IMG/VR virus record: IMGVR_UViG_3300027996_003878
Strand: one strand, 5' to 3'
DNA: 64,000 nt
DNA from: a virus
Taxonomy: Duplodnaviria; Caudoviricetes
This document shows positions 9,301 to 18,920 of the stretch, piece after piece. Below the pieces are notes generated by a model that saw nothing but the letters and a program-made list of their open reading frames with translations, ran no database searches and was not told the DNA's origin. A program made the position numbers and the translations under genes. The stretch's first letter is position 1; the number at the start of each line of letters is the position of its first letter.

Positions 9301-10173
9301 TCATTGGCAATTTTTTGCGTCACTGTACCCACGATCAATCATTTTACTAATATCACTAGAGTCAAAATTAAACAGATCGTCATTTAACGAAACGCTTGGC
9401 CTAATAATTCGTATTTTTATATCGCTATACTTACTTACAACTAAATCATTGTCCAAGCCAATTGAATGAAAGTCAGCTGCCATAATTCTATCGGTCATTA
9501 AGTCTAAGCTACGATAAGCAATATCTAAAACTGACCACCATCTCCCAGAAGGACGCCACTCTTTTGTATAAGAATTACCGGGAGAGCATGAAATTACATC
9601 AATATATTTGGCCCCAAGCCTTATTGCCTGACCAATTGGCGTACTAACTTTTATTCCACCATCAATCCACCACTTACCATTGATTATTTTCGGCTTCATA
9701 ATAACAGGCAAGCTTGCTGAAGCTACCGCCCATTCATCAAGATTAAAATCATTTTCACTAGAAAAATATTTTTCTCCAGTATTTAGACAAACAGCTCCAA
9801 TTCTAACATTTTTATTAGAATTTCTTATTTTCTCTATATCAAAGTCTGACTTTATTAACTTTATTAGCGGGCTTGAGTCAAATATAGACCATTTCCATAG
9901 CGCAGATATTTTTCCAAAAGGCTTCCAACCGCAAAATATTCTGGAAACTGTCAAGTCATGCCAAATATTATATAAATTATCATAAGCTTCAGAAGAATCA
10001 CCCAAGGGAATTGCGGCAAGCTTTAAAGCATTTAAAGCGCCAACGCTCACACCACATAAAATGTCGTAATCTAAGCCGTCCTCTTTAAGCCATTTTTTTA
10101 AAACGCCAACTTGGTAGGCGCCCTTTATACCTCCACCAGAAAGGACCAATGCTCGCTTGTTAGATTCTTTCAT
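9301..10173 (-). CDS. Patatin-like phospholipase
   Basis: GGGIKG oxyanion motif, GVSVG nucleophile and DGG catalytic Asp. Confidence 0.9.
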   Translation of the reverse strand: MKESNKRALVLSGGGIKGAYQVGVLKKWLKEDGLDYDILCGVSVGALNALKLAAIPLGDSSEAYDNLYNIWHDLTVSRIFCGWKPFGKISALWKWSIFDSSPLIKLIKSDFDIEKIRNSNKNVRIGAVCLNTGEKYFSSENDFNLDEWAVASASLPVIMKPKIINGKWWIDGGIKVSTPIGQAIRLGAKYIDVISCSPGNSYTKEWRPSGRWWSVLDIAYRSLDLMTDRIMAADFHSIGLDNDLVVSKYSDIKIRIIRPSVSLNDDLFNFDSSDISKMIDRGYSDAKNCQ

Positions 10174-10236
10174 TAAAGTAAAAAAAATGATGCATATAAC
10201 TATATAGCATCATTTTAATTTTTTTTACTTTAAAGT

Positions 10237-10551
10237 TTATTTCGCGTCTGTCATCTGCGCCACTGTCTTTTTAAATTCATCGTTGTCTCTCAGCCACTTG
10301 TAAACTTTTCTTAAAATTTCTGCATTTTTATTATCAGATGTGCTTAAATTTGAAGCCGACTCAGGCTCACAATTATCGCACCAATGCATGATAAATATTT
10401 TAAATTCAAAAAGGTTAGAAGAATCTCTGGTTGCCGGCATATTGCATACCATGCACTTGGGCTTGATCTTTTCTAAATTGATCAACAGCTCATTTTCATA
10501 TGATTCGTTTTTTTTTGCCAGTTCTAGTATTGATTCAAGTTTCTTTAACAT
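10237..10551 (-). CDS. Hypothetical protein with CxxC...CxxC zinc finger
   Basis: CMVC and CDNC. Confidence 0.6.
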   Translation of the reverse strand: MLKKLESILELAKKNESYENELLINLEKIKPKCMVCNMPATRDSSNLFEFKIFIMHWCDNCEPESASNLSTSDNKNAEILRKVYKWLRDNDEFKKTVAQMTDAK

Positions 10552-10694
10552 TAATTAAATTTAATTTTATTATTAGAATAATATTGAATTTAATTAATCT
10601 ATAAAGAAATAACTTTAGTGAATCTTAAATATCTATACTTATAATTCCAAAGCCCAGCGCAGTTATATCATTTTCCGCCGTCAATCACCAACTT

Positions 10695-10889
10695 TCATTG
10701 TTCACCATCATCAATCTCGCCATCAATGCTAACAAGAAACTCTTTGCCGTCTTGTCCCCAAACCATCTCACACTCGTTATTATGGAGATGTTGTGCAAGT
10801 TCTTCGTGTTCCTTTTCAAGATATTCCACGATTGCTTGTTTTAACTCATCTGCCGTGAGGTAGATTGTTTTGAGTGATGTAGTTTTCAT
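10695..10889 (-). CDS. Hypothetical protein
   Basis: 64-aa ORF with plausible start and acidic composition. Confidence 0.55.
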   Translation of the reverse strand: MKTTSLKTIYLTADELKQAIVEYLEKEHEELAQHLHNNECEMVWGQDGKEFLVSIDGEIDDGEQ

Positions 10890-10970
10890 TCTTTATTCTC
10901 CAACCAACTTTGTAATGTGCTCGCAAAACTCTAAAATCATTTCAGTTCTTTTTTGAGTTCTTTGATTTTG

Positions 10971-11448
10971 TCAGCCATTTTCTTTCTCCTCACAGGTACA
11001 TTCTTGGTCTGGATAACCGGCATCGTGATGAGCACAGTTATACCACTTTGAGTTATCAAATTGATAATGCCCGTCAAGAACTTTCATTTCTAAATGCAGG
11101 TCTTCATAGTTCTCAACATAACCACCGCTAGTTCGTCCATCCAGTCGGTTCAGAAGGTTGATTGATGCTTCGCCTGCCCATAGGTCATCTTCGTTCTTCT
11201 GAGGAAAAGCATTACCTTCAACAAAATCAATAATAATGCTGTCTAAATCTCTAATCTCATCTGCTGCTCTGCGACAAAGAGATTTCAAGCGAATGATTTC
11301 TTTTTTTAACTCTCGCTGATAATCAAGTCGCTCTTGTGGAACACCAGTATCAAGAAAATTATGAACTGATAACTCTCGTTGTAGTTCTGTATTCTCTTTT
11401 TTTGAGTTCTTCTACTTGCTTTTTGAGTTCTTTGATTTCGTTAGTCAT
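10971..11448 (-). pseudogene. Coiled-coil protein interrupted by a +1 frameshift in an A7 run (or a sequencing error)
   Basis: ATG at 11448 gives MTNEIKELKKQVEELKK; removing one A at 11397-11403 continues as ENTELQRELSVHNF...IIRLKSLCRRAADE into ORF 10971..11288. Confidence 0.6.
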
Positions 11449-11460
11449 TCTCTTCTCTCT

Positions 11461-11492
11461 CAAAAAGGTGTTAGGCAACCAGACCACCTAAC
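11461..11492 (-). terminator. Possible intrinsic terminator or attenuator upstream of the 11448 ORF
   Basis: GTTAGGT-loop-GCCTAAC followed by ACCTTTTTG. Confidence 0.4.
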
Positions 11493-11579
11493 TGACTGTT
11501 TCCAGTCCCACCCGCAGATTAGCAATCATGGAGTTTATCCCTCTCCCGCTTCATCCTTACAATCGGGGTAACTTCATTT

Positions 11580-11697
11580 GAAGGAGTGGCAGGATTTTCA
11601 CCTGCAAGCGACCAAGTGTTCCCTTGTAAGATTCTTATTCCTTGGTCCGGGTCGTGTATCATCTCAGTAGAACCCTGCGTAATGCCGCCTCACTCCT
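11580..11697 (-). ncRNA. tRNA-like structured RNA candidate (not a canonical tRNA)
   Basis: 7-bp closing stem AGGAGTG/CACTCCT stacked on a T-arm GCAGG-TGAAAAT-CCTGC; internal stems GGGTT/GACCC and GACCAAG/CTTGGTC; no canonical anticodon loop and no CCA. Confidence 0.5.
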
Positions 11698-11716
11698 AGA
11701 ATCAATATAAGTCGCT

Positions 11717-11971
11717 TTATTTTTCTTTCAAGCCTTTTCGGCAAAGGTAATTTTTATGAAAGTCGAAATCATCTGAATAATCTTTTTCTATTGAGTTAGT
11801 ACTTGGGGTGAAAAAAAATACGGGGGGAAATAAATCACCCTTATCAAAACTTCTAGCTGAAAAATTTTCGATATTATTAATATATCTTTCACTTCTTTGT
11901 TTATGCCACGGATCAGTTCTTGGTAAAGTTGCAAAAAAAATTAAAGACATATATATAAAAAATATTTTCAT
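11717..11971 (-). CDS. Hypothetical secreted or membrane protein
   Basis: 84-aa ORF with a hydrophobic N-terminus. Confidence 0.45.
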   Translation of the reverse strand: MKIFFIYMSLIFFATLPRTDPWHKQRSERYINNIENFSARSFDKGDLFPPVFFFTPSTNSIEKDYSDDFDFHKNYLCRKGLKEK

Positions 11972-11997
11972 GCAAATATATTTTTAAATGCGTAATT

Positions 11998-12420
11998 TTA
12001 AAATATATACTCCCAGTTAAGATAAACATTTGGAGACAAACCAAATGTTTTTTGAAACTTACTAACGCTTGATGGATATTCGAAGTCCTTGAAGTTACAA
12101 ACCATCAATAACTCAATTTCTTTTTTTAATTTATTTTCACAAATATTTGCAGGTGCAGAGGTTATCTCAAACGAATAAGGAAAAGCCGCCCTCTGATCAA
12201 GCACATCACTTATTACATTCGCATTACTTAAGATAGCAGAGATTTCAATTTTAAAATCATTAAGACGAAAAGAGGGGTACGTAGAGGAGATATAATCAGA
12301 AATAATTTTGTAAATTTTATCTAAATTAATTAGATCGTTAGAAATTAACGTATCACCTTTAATGGTAAAATTTATGCAATCGACTTCTAGTCGCATTCTG
12401 TAATGTACGTCATCAAACAT
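11998..12420 (-). CDS. Hypothetical protein
   Basis: 140-aa ORF in a run of - strand genes. Confidence 0.6.
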   Translation of the reverse strand: MFDDVHYRMRLEVDCINFTIKGDTLISNDLINLDKIYKIISDYISSTYPSFRLNDFKIEISAILSNANVISDVLDQRAAFPYSFEITSAPANICENKLKKEIELLMVCNFKDFEYPSSVSKFQKTFGLSPNVYLNWEYIF

Positions 12421-12839
12421 TTCATTTTTATCCTTTCAAAATCATCTCTATCAATAAATATATTCATCTTTTTTGCCAAAATCAAGGCCTTACGCCAAGC
12501 TGCAAATTCCTCGTCTAGAGTAATAATATTTTCAAAACTGTTTTTCTTTTTTATTTTTTTCTCACAAAATCTATGTTGATAAACATAATCATAGTAAGTT
12601 CCTCGCGCAACTAAAATATGCCCAATTTCGTGCAGCAAGCAATAAACTTTATTCTTTGCAGATCTTCTTTTGTTTATAAAGATATGATTTAAATCTAAAG
12701 AAACAAAATCAGTTATATTATATTTTTCAGTAACTTTCCAATTGTATTTTTTACAATACTTAATCAGTTTTTTATATTGAAATTCGTAATATTCGTTAGA
12801 TCCAATTTTAAGCCGTCCCATATGAATCCGATTATTCAA
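12387..12839 (-). CDS. ImmA/IrrE-like HExxH metallopeptidase-domain protein
   Basis: LLHEIGH and downstream EEFAAW. Confidence 0.7.
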   Translation of the reverse strand: MNNRIHMGRLKIGSNEYYEFQYKKLIKYCKKYNWKVTEKYNITDFVSLDLNHIFINKRRSAKNKVYCLLHEIGHILVARGTYYDYVYQHRFCEKKIKKKNSFENIITLDEEFAAWRKALILAKKMNIFIDRDDFERIKMKCLMTYITECD

Positions 12840-12875
12840 TAATCATTGTCACTCGACGATTGCATTAAGATTGAT

Positions 12876-13532
12876 TCACTCAGGTAAATTAAAGACACTT
12901 ACAACCGACCTAAGTGCTATCTTTCTGAAAGTCCGTGTTAAAGCAAATCTTTTAAACTCAAACGGAGGAGGTTCTTTTTGCTCTGAAAAGAACTTCCGCC
13001 TAGCCTCATCCTCTTTTTCAGCCTGTATTTTTACTAACTCTTGAATTAATTTAATTGCATTCTGCTTGCTTAATATTAAATCATTTTTTTCAGACCAACT
13101 AATATCTGACATCATTAAGACTGGCGCCAATCGAGAGTTCCAAAGGTCATAATCCTTTATATTAATTTTTTTAAGGTCATTTTTTAAGAAATTAATGTGA
13201 TAATCACCTGTTCTAATGTTATATTTCAACTCAACAAACAAAGGGATATCAACAAACTGCAAAAGACTGGTATTATCTTTACTAAAATAATCAATGCCTT
13301 TGCTTATTTCCTCACCAGCATCACCTTCCAATATTTTTTTTGGATCAATTTGAAACTCAACGTCCAAATCATATTCAGCCTCGACCGCACCAGGCTCCAT
13401 TTCACTTGAACGCTCACTTGGACGCTCATTATCTACCTCAGCAAGAGGCAGCGCCCTCTCAACTCTAGTTTCATCGCTAGCAACAAGCACATCAAATAAG
13501 CTTGAGAATTTTAAAATGTCTACAATTTTCAT
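12876..13532 (-). CDS. Hypothetical protein with a variant of the shared peptide
   Basis: 218-aa ORF; ILKFSSLFDVLVAS followed by an acidic stretch. Confidence 0.65.
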   Translation of the reverse strand: MKIVDILKFSSLFDVLVASDETRVERALPLAEVDNERPSERSSEMEPGAVEAEYDLDVEFQIDPKKILEGDAGEEISKGIDYFSKDNTSLLQFVDIPLFVELKYNIRTGDYHINFLKNDLKKINIKDYDLWNSRLAPVLMMSDISWSEKNDLILSKQNAIKLIQELVKIQAEKEDEARRKFFSEQKEPPPFEFKRFALTRTFRKIALRSVVSVFNLPE

Positions 13533-13593
13533 CCTGTATATATGTTAATAATTTACCATAGAATCGAAATGATTTTTCATCAGGGAATATGGA

Positions 13594-13944
13594 ATGAATA
13601 GTAAAATTATTAACAATATCAATAAACTAGCTAATATATTTCTTTTAAAGACTGCGGCAAAAAAAAAGAAAGAAGAATTAGATCCAAAGGCAAAGGTAAG
13701 AAACAGAGGTGTAGTTGTTTTTCCAGCCGAAAGTGATAAAGTATTAGATAATAAAGATCATTTTCCAATTAATAATTTAAGACAAGCTAGAAACGCTTTA
13801 TCCAGAGCAAATCAATACGATAAATCGCCCGATTGGTATAAGGGATCTTTAAAATCATTGGTAAAAGAAGTGGCGAATGCTGTAAAAAATAAATTTAAAA
13901 GCATTAACGTCACCAAAGCATCCGAAAAGCCAGGGAAAGGCTGA
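13594..13944 (+). CDS. Basic phage protein with N-terminal shared peptide
   Basis: INKLANIFLLKTAA; HFPINNLRQARNALSRA. Confidence 0.7.
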   Translation: MNSKIINNINKLANIFLLKTAAKKKKEELDPKAKVRNRGVVVFPAESDKVLDNKDHFPINNLRQARNALSRANQYDKSPDWYKGSLKSLVKEVANAVKNKFKSINVTKASEKPGKG

Positions 13945-13946
13945 AA

Positions 13947-14216
13947 ATGTCATTCAGCATTTGCAGCACCCAACAGCTAAGCGATGAATTAGAGGCGTGG
14001 CTGGCATGTGAAGAGAATAAAAATAAATTATCCAAACATGCAGGTCAATTTGTAATGATAAGTTTCAAATATGGAATTATTGAATTCGGTCCCACAAAAA
14101 AATCCGTAATAAATAAAGTCAGAAAGTCATTTACAAGAAATAAATATTCTAAAGAGCGACTATTGGATCCTACTGTAATTATCTTTGTGGACTTTGTTTC
14201 TTGGCCAACATCTTAA
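13947..14216 (+). CDS. Hypothetical protein
   Basis: 89-aa ORF directly after the previous gene. Confidence 0.5.
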   Translation: MSFSICSTQQLSDELEAWLACEENKNKLSKHAGQFVMISFKYGIIEFGPTKKSVINKVRKSFTRNKYSKERLLDPTVIIFVDFVSWPTS

Positions 14217-14599
14217 CCATTAACGACTTCTTCTGCCCACATAATAGCCTCATTTAAATAATTCGTAACCTTTTCTTTCGCCTCGGGTATTGACATCCAT
14301 TCGAAACTATCATGCTCATATATTCCCGATTTAGGATTTTTAGTTATTTTGGGCGTCTGCTCTGTAGTTGCAATAAAGAAAATTAAATTAGAAAGTCTTT
14401 TACTTTTTTTGCCCCATATAAAGTCTAGCTTAGTAATTCCTGCCTCTTCCTTAGTCTCACGTAGAGCTGTGGCAAACGGCTTCTCGCCTTGATCCACTCT
14501 TCCTTTGGGCAGATCGCACAAGCCTTTGTTGTGCAAAATCAAAATTTTCCAATCACCTTTAATCCTTTTTAGAACAACAATACCAGCGCCATTTATCAT
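14213..14599 (-). CDS. NUDIX hydrolase (Ap4A hydrolase-like); start may be ATG 14665
   Basis: Nudix box PKGRVDQGEKPFATALRETKEEAGI. Confidence 0.9.
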   Translation of the reverse strand: MINGAGIVVLKRIKGDWKILILHNKGLCDLPKGRVDQGEKPFATALRETKEEAGITKLDFIWGKKSKRLSNLIFFIATTEQTPKITKNPKSGIYEHDSFEWMSIPEAKEKVTNYLNEAIMWAEEVVNG

Positions 14600-14689
14600 A
14601 TTTTTATTTTCTCTACCAAGCCTCTTCAACAAAAGCCCTGCCATAGCCAAGCGAACGTCTCTCATATAAATATATGTAAGTATGTTAAG

Positions 14690-15043
14690 ATGGCTGTAAA
14701 AAAGCATAAAAATATGATCTCCCTTACAGCAAAAGCTATTAATAAAATCAAAGAAATAGCCAAAGAAGAAGATATAAATGATCTGTGTCTAAGAATGAAA
14801 ATAATAGGCGGCGGATGTGCTGGATTTTCATATGATGTTTTTTTTGAACATTTAGAGAACGTTACAGATTTTGACGAGACGTTTAAAAATGAAGATATAA
14901 CTATTTGCATTGACCCATTAAGTTTTCAATATTTAAGTGGTTGTGAGATGGATTTTGTTACATCAAACTTCGGAGCAGGATTTAAATTTAAAAACCCAAA
15001 TGTGACATCTACATGCGGATGCGGGTCTTCAGTTTCATTTTAA
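14690..15043 (+). CDS. iscA: IscA/HesB-family Fe-S cluster assembly protein
   Basis: GGGCAGFSY and C-terminal NPNVTSTCGCGSS. Confidence 0.92.
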   Translation: MAVKKHKNMISLTAKAINKIKEIAKEEDINDLCLRMKIIGGGCAGFSYDVFFEHLENVTDFDETFKNEDITICIDPLSFQYLSGCEMDFVTSNFGAGFKFKNPNVTSTCGCGSSVSF

Positions 15044-15262
15044 ACAGCAGAGTTAAGGGTAAATTAATTCATTTTCAATCGAGAGTTCGCCTTGGCTTCG
15101 ATTGCCTGCAAAAGCAAGGTAGAAAACCCTTATGGAGTTTTTATCTCTGCAACTACGGTCATTTAAGGACCTAGCTTGCTTGTTTATTTTTTCATGTGCT
15201 TTTCGATATAAATTAAAGCCATCACAAATGGTTAAAAGAGACAAATTTAAAAGGTAACTAAA

Positions 15263-16498
15263 ATGGAAGATCGTTGGACAGATATCGTGCGCCCGTATTC
15301 TTTGGAAGATGTTAAAAGAATACGAGGCAGTATAAGAATAGACCAAACTTGGGCAAAATTAGCTTCAGAAAAACTTTGGCGTTTGATGAAGCAAAACGCC
15401 CCAGTTCGCGCACTTGGCGCAATGACTGGAAACCAAGCGATACAGCAAGTGCGCGCTGGCCTTAAGGCAATTTATGTAAGTGGCTGGCAGACGGCAGCGG
15501 ATGCAAATAGTGGTCGTCAGATGTACCCAGATCAAAGCTTATATCCTGTAAATGCTGTCCCATTGCTGATTGAAAGAATTAATAATGCACTTCAAAGATC
15601 AGACGAAATAGACGTCGCAGAAGAAAAATCAGACATTGATTGGCTTGTGCCACTTGTGGCGGATGCAGAGGCCGGATTCGGCGGTGTATTAAATGCATAC
15701 GAATTAATGAAATCAATGATTAAAGCGGGCGCTGCGGGCGTTCACTTTGAAGATCAATTAAGCAGCGAAAAAAAATGTGGTCATCTAAATTCCAAAACTT
15801 TAGTGCCTACGTCTAGCTTCATTAGAACCCTAACTGCTGCAAGATTAGCCGCAGATGTTTTAGAGGTTCCTACGGTTTTGATTGCAAGAACAGATGCAGA
15901 AAGCGCTGGATTTATAACTAGCGACGTAGACCCCCGCGATCATGATTTTATTGACAAATCAGAAAGAACTCCTGAAGGTTTTTTTAAGTTATGTGGAGAT
16001 CCTATGGAAAGATGCATACGAAGGGGACTTGCTTACGCACCCTACTCAGATCTAATTTGGATGGAAACATCCACTCCTAACCTAGGGCAGGCTAAAAAAT
16101 TTGCAGATGCAATTCATGAAAAATACCCAAATAAAAAATTAGCATACAATTGCAGTCCAAGCTTTCATTGGAAGAAATTCTTATCCTCCAACGAAATGAA
16201 AGACTTTCAAACGGAACTTGGAAAATTAAATTATACTTTTCAATTTATAACTTTAGCAGGTTTTCATGCCTTAAACTTTAGCATGTTTGAGTTAAGTCAG
16301 AATTATAAAAATAGCGAAATGTTGGGGTATTCTTCTTTGCAGGAAAAAGAATTTGAAGCCTATTCGCAGGGATACACCGCAATAAGGCACCAACATGAAG
16401 TTGGCGTTTCCTATTTTGATGAAGTTCGCAAGGTTATAAATGGTGGAGATGATAGCATGTCTGCTCTTACCGGCAGCACCGAAGACGACCAATTTTAA
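15263..16498 (+). CDS. aceA: Isocitrate lyase
   Basis: [14 protein letters not shown] catalytic motif; [31 protein letters not shown]. Confidence 0.97.
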   Translation: MEDRWTDIVRPYSLEDVKRIRGSIRIDQTWAKLASEKLWRLMKQNAPVRALGAMTGNQAIQQVRAGLKAIYVSGWQTAADANSGRQMYPDQSLYPVNAVPLLIERINNALQRSDEIDVAEEKSDIDWLVPLVADAEAGFGGVLNAYELMKSMIKAGAAGVHFEDQLSSEKKCGHLNSKTLVPTSSFIRTLTAARLAADVLEVPTVLIARTDAESAGFITSDVDPRDHDFIDKSERTPEGFFKLCGDPMERCIRRGLAYAPYSDLIWMETSTPNLGQAKKFADAIHEKYPNKKLAYNCSPSFHWKKFLSSNEMKDFQTELGKLNYTFQFITLAGFHALNFSMFELSQNYKNSEMLGYSSLQEKEFEAYSQGYTAIRHQHEVGVSYFDEVRKVINGGDDSMSALTGSTEDDQF

Positions 16499-16513
16499 TA
16501 GGAAACAATTAAT

Positions 16514-17287
16514 ATGAAAGTTTTAAGAAAAGGCGCTAAAGGTCCAGGCGTAAAGGCTTGGCAAATTTTTTTACGAGGGCAAGGCTACCATATTATAGCT
16601 GATGCTGACTTTGGAAAAAAGACAGTGTCAGCCACTAAGGCTTTTCAAAAAAAGAAAAGACTTGTCGCTGACGGTGTTGTTGGCAATGCAACCTACGCCG
16701 TTGCAATGCTATTGGGGTTCGAGGTCATAAAAGATGATGAGTCTGACATTTACAGCGCCAACTGGCCTCCAAAGCCAGATTTTAAGCCAATAGTTGGAAC
16801 CGCTGCACGTCAAAGAATTTTTGGAAAATTCAATTTCAAGCGGATGAGAGTTAAAGGCAACCCAGAGGCGATTAGAATATTAGATAATTGGGTTGAAGAA
16901 AATATAGTTTATGTAAAAATCCCACAATTAATAGGCGTCAAAGGCACTTATAGAAGAAAAACATTCGCATTTCATAAGTTAGTCGCAGAGCCTGTTAAAG
17001 ATTTATTTCAGGCCTGGGATGATGAGGGATTGTCTGATCTTATTCTTTCGTGGGGAGGTTCTTTCGTACCTAGATTTATAAGAGGATCAAACACAAGCTT
17101 AAGCAATCACAGCTTTGGAAGTGCGTTTGATATAAATGTTCCATGGAATTATTTAGGAGCACGGCCGGCTTTAGTCGGTAAAAAGGGATCAGTAAGAAAG
17201 CTTGTGCCAATTGCCAATGAATTAGGATTCTATTGGGGCGGTCATTTCCGACGCAAAGATGGAATGCACTTTGAGTTCTGCGGATAA
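16514..17287 (+). CDS. Endolysin: peptidoglycan-binding domain plus M15 peptidase
   Basis: LRKGAKG...DADFG...FQ...ADGVVG binding domain; SNHSFGSAFDIN and DGMHFE Zn motifs. Confidence 0.88.
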   Translation: MKVLRKGAKGPGVKAWQIFLRGQGYHIIADADFGKKTVSATKAFQKKKRLVADGVVGNATYAVAMLLGFEVIKDDESDIYSANWPPKPDFKPIVGTAARQRIFGKFNFKRMRVKGNPEAIRILDNWVEENIVYVKIPQLIGVKGTYRRKTFAFHKLVAEPVKDLFQAWDDEGLSDLILSWGGSFVPRFIRGSNTSLSNHSFGSAFDINVPWNYLGARPALVGKKGSVRKLVPIANELGFYWGGHFRRKDGMHFEFCG

Positions 17288-17324
17288 AAACTAAAAAATT
17301 CAATAAAAAAAAGCTACAAATTAA

Positions 17325-18920
17325 ATGAATAAAATATTATTTCCAGAATTAAAAAACGAAAACGAGAAAAAAATACTTTCTCCAGAAGCGCTTAACTTTC
17401 TAAAAGATTTATTTAATGAGTTTAATGGCAAAATAAAAAATTTATTAAAGCTAAGAGTTCGAGATGCTAAATTAATTTCAGATGGTCAGCTGCCAAATTT
17501 TCTAGAAGAGACAGAGGGTATTAGAAATTCCACTTGGCAAATCTCTTCGGTACCAAAAGACCTTCAAGATCGTAGAGTAGAAATTACAGGTCCGGTTGGA
17601 AGAAAAATCATAATTAACGCCCTTAACTCTGGCGCTAATGTTTTCATGGCTGATTTTGAAGATTCAAACTCACCGACCTGGAAAAACACTTTAGATGGAC
17701 AGATAAATCTCTTTGATGCTGTAAGAGAAGAAATAAGTTTATTTGATAAAGTAAAAAATAAAGAATATAAATTAAATAAAGATCACGCAACCTTGATGGT
17801 AAGACCTCGTGGCCTTCACTTACTTGAAAAAAATATTCTCATAGAAGACGAACCAATCCACGGCTCTTTAGTTGATTTTGGCTTGTACTTTTTTCACAAC
17901 GCACAAGAGCTTTTAGACAAAGGCTCCGGGCCTTACTTTTACTTACCAAAAATAGAGCACTTTAGAGAAGCTGCTCTATGGAATGAAGTATTTAATTTCT
18001 CACAAGATAAGTTAAATATTAAAAGAGGTACAATAAAAGCTACTGTTTTAATCGAAACTTTACCAGCTGCATTTCAGATGAATGAAATATTGTATCAGCT
18101 TAAAGATCATTCCGCCGGGCTGAACTGTGGAAGATGGGATTACATTTTTAGTTTTATAAAAACGCTAAAAGATCACGAGCAATTTACCCTTCCAAATCGA
18201 AGTGATTTGACAATGGATAAGCATTTTATGAGATCTTATACGCAATTGTTGATTCAAACATGTCACAAAAGAAAAGCACACGCTATGGGCGGCATGTCTG
18301 CATTTATACCAATTAAAAACGATGAAATGGCAAATAACGCTGCATTAGATGCCGTGAAAAAAGACAAAATGCGCGAAGTAAAAGACGGTCATGATGGAAC
18401 ATGGGTTGCGCACCCTGGATTAGTTGAAATGACAAGAAAAATCTTTGACGAGTACATGCCGACAAAGAATCAAATCAATAATAAAAGAGAAGACGTAAGC
18501 ATAACTGCAAATGATTTACTTCAAACCCCTCAAGGCGAGAGAACTGAAGATGATATTAGAAAAAATATAAACGTGTCATTGCAGTATATAAATTCCTGGC
18601 TATCAGGGACTGGCTGCGTTCCCATTAACAATTTAATGGAAGACGCAGCGACCGTTGAAATATCTAGAGCGTTAATATGGCAATGGATAAAATTTAAGGT
18701 AAAAACCGACAGCGGTATAATTGTAAGTAAAGAAAAAATTCAAAAATTACTGCTTGACGAAGTCGCCAAATTAAAAACAGATAAAAATATCAAAGAAAAC
18801 AACGAGACATTTAAAAAAGCAATTGAAATATTCTCAAATGTTTCAATGAATACAAGTAATTTTAATAATTTCCTAACAACCGATGCTTATGAAGAGCTAA
18901 TCAAAATATCCCAAACATGA
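17325..18920 (+). CDS. aceB: Malate synthase A
   Basis: RRVEITGP, VFMADFED, GLNCGRWDYIFS, DGTWVAHP, LMEDAAT. Confidence 0.97.
   Translation: MNKILFPELKNENEKKILSPEALNFLKDLFNEFNGKIKNLLKLRVRDAKLISDGQLPNFLEETEGIRNSTWQISSVPKDLQDRRVEITGPVGRKIIINALNSGANVFMADFEDSNSPTWKNTLDGQINLFDAVREEISLFDKVKNKEYKLNKDHATLMVRPRGLHLLEKNILIEDEPIHGSLVDFGLYFFHNAQELLDKGSGPYFYLPKIEHFREAALWNEVFNFSQDKLNIKRGTIKATVLIETLPAAFQMNEILYQLKDHSAGLNCGRWDYIFSFIKTLKDHEQFTLPNRSDLTMDKHFMRSYTQLLIQTCHKRKAHAMGGMSAFIPIKNDEMANNAALDAVKKDKMREVKDGHDGTWVAHPGLVEMTRKIFDEYMPTKNQINNKREDVSITANDLLQTPQGERTEDDIRKNINVSLQYINSWLSGTGCVPINNLMEDAATVEISRALIWQWIKFKVKTDSGIIVSKEKIQKLLLDEVAKLKTDKNIKENNETFKKAIEIFSNVSMNTSNFNNFLTTDAYEELIKISQT

Noticed and set aside
11580-11697. 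tRNA-Sec or tmRNA identity for the tRNA-like element
   Set aside because: There is no UCA anticodon loop or 8-bp acceptor stem, no G3-U70 pair, no CCA and no tag reading frame.
14662-15346. Antisense ORFs 14662..14910 and 15053..15346
   Set aside because: They overlap iscA and aceA on the opposite strand and have no recognisable features.
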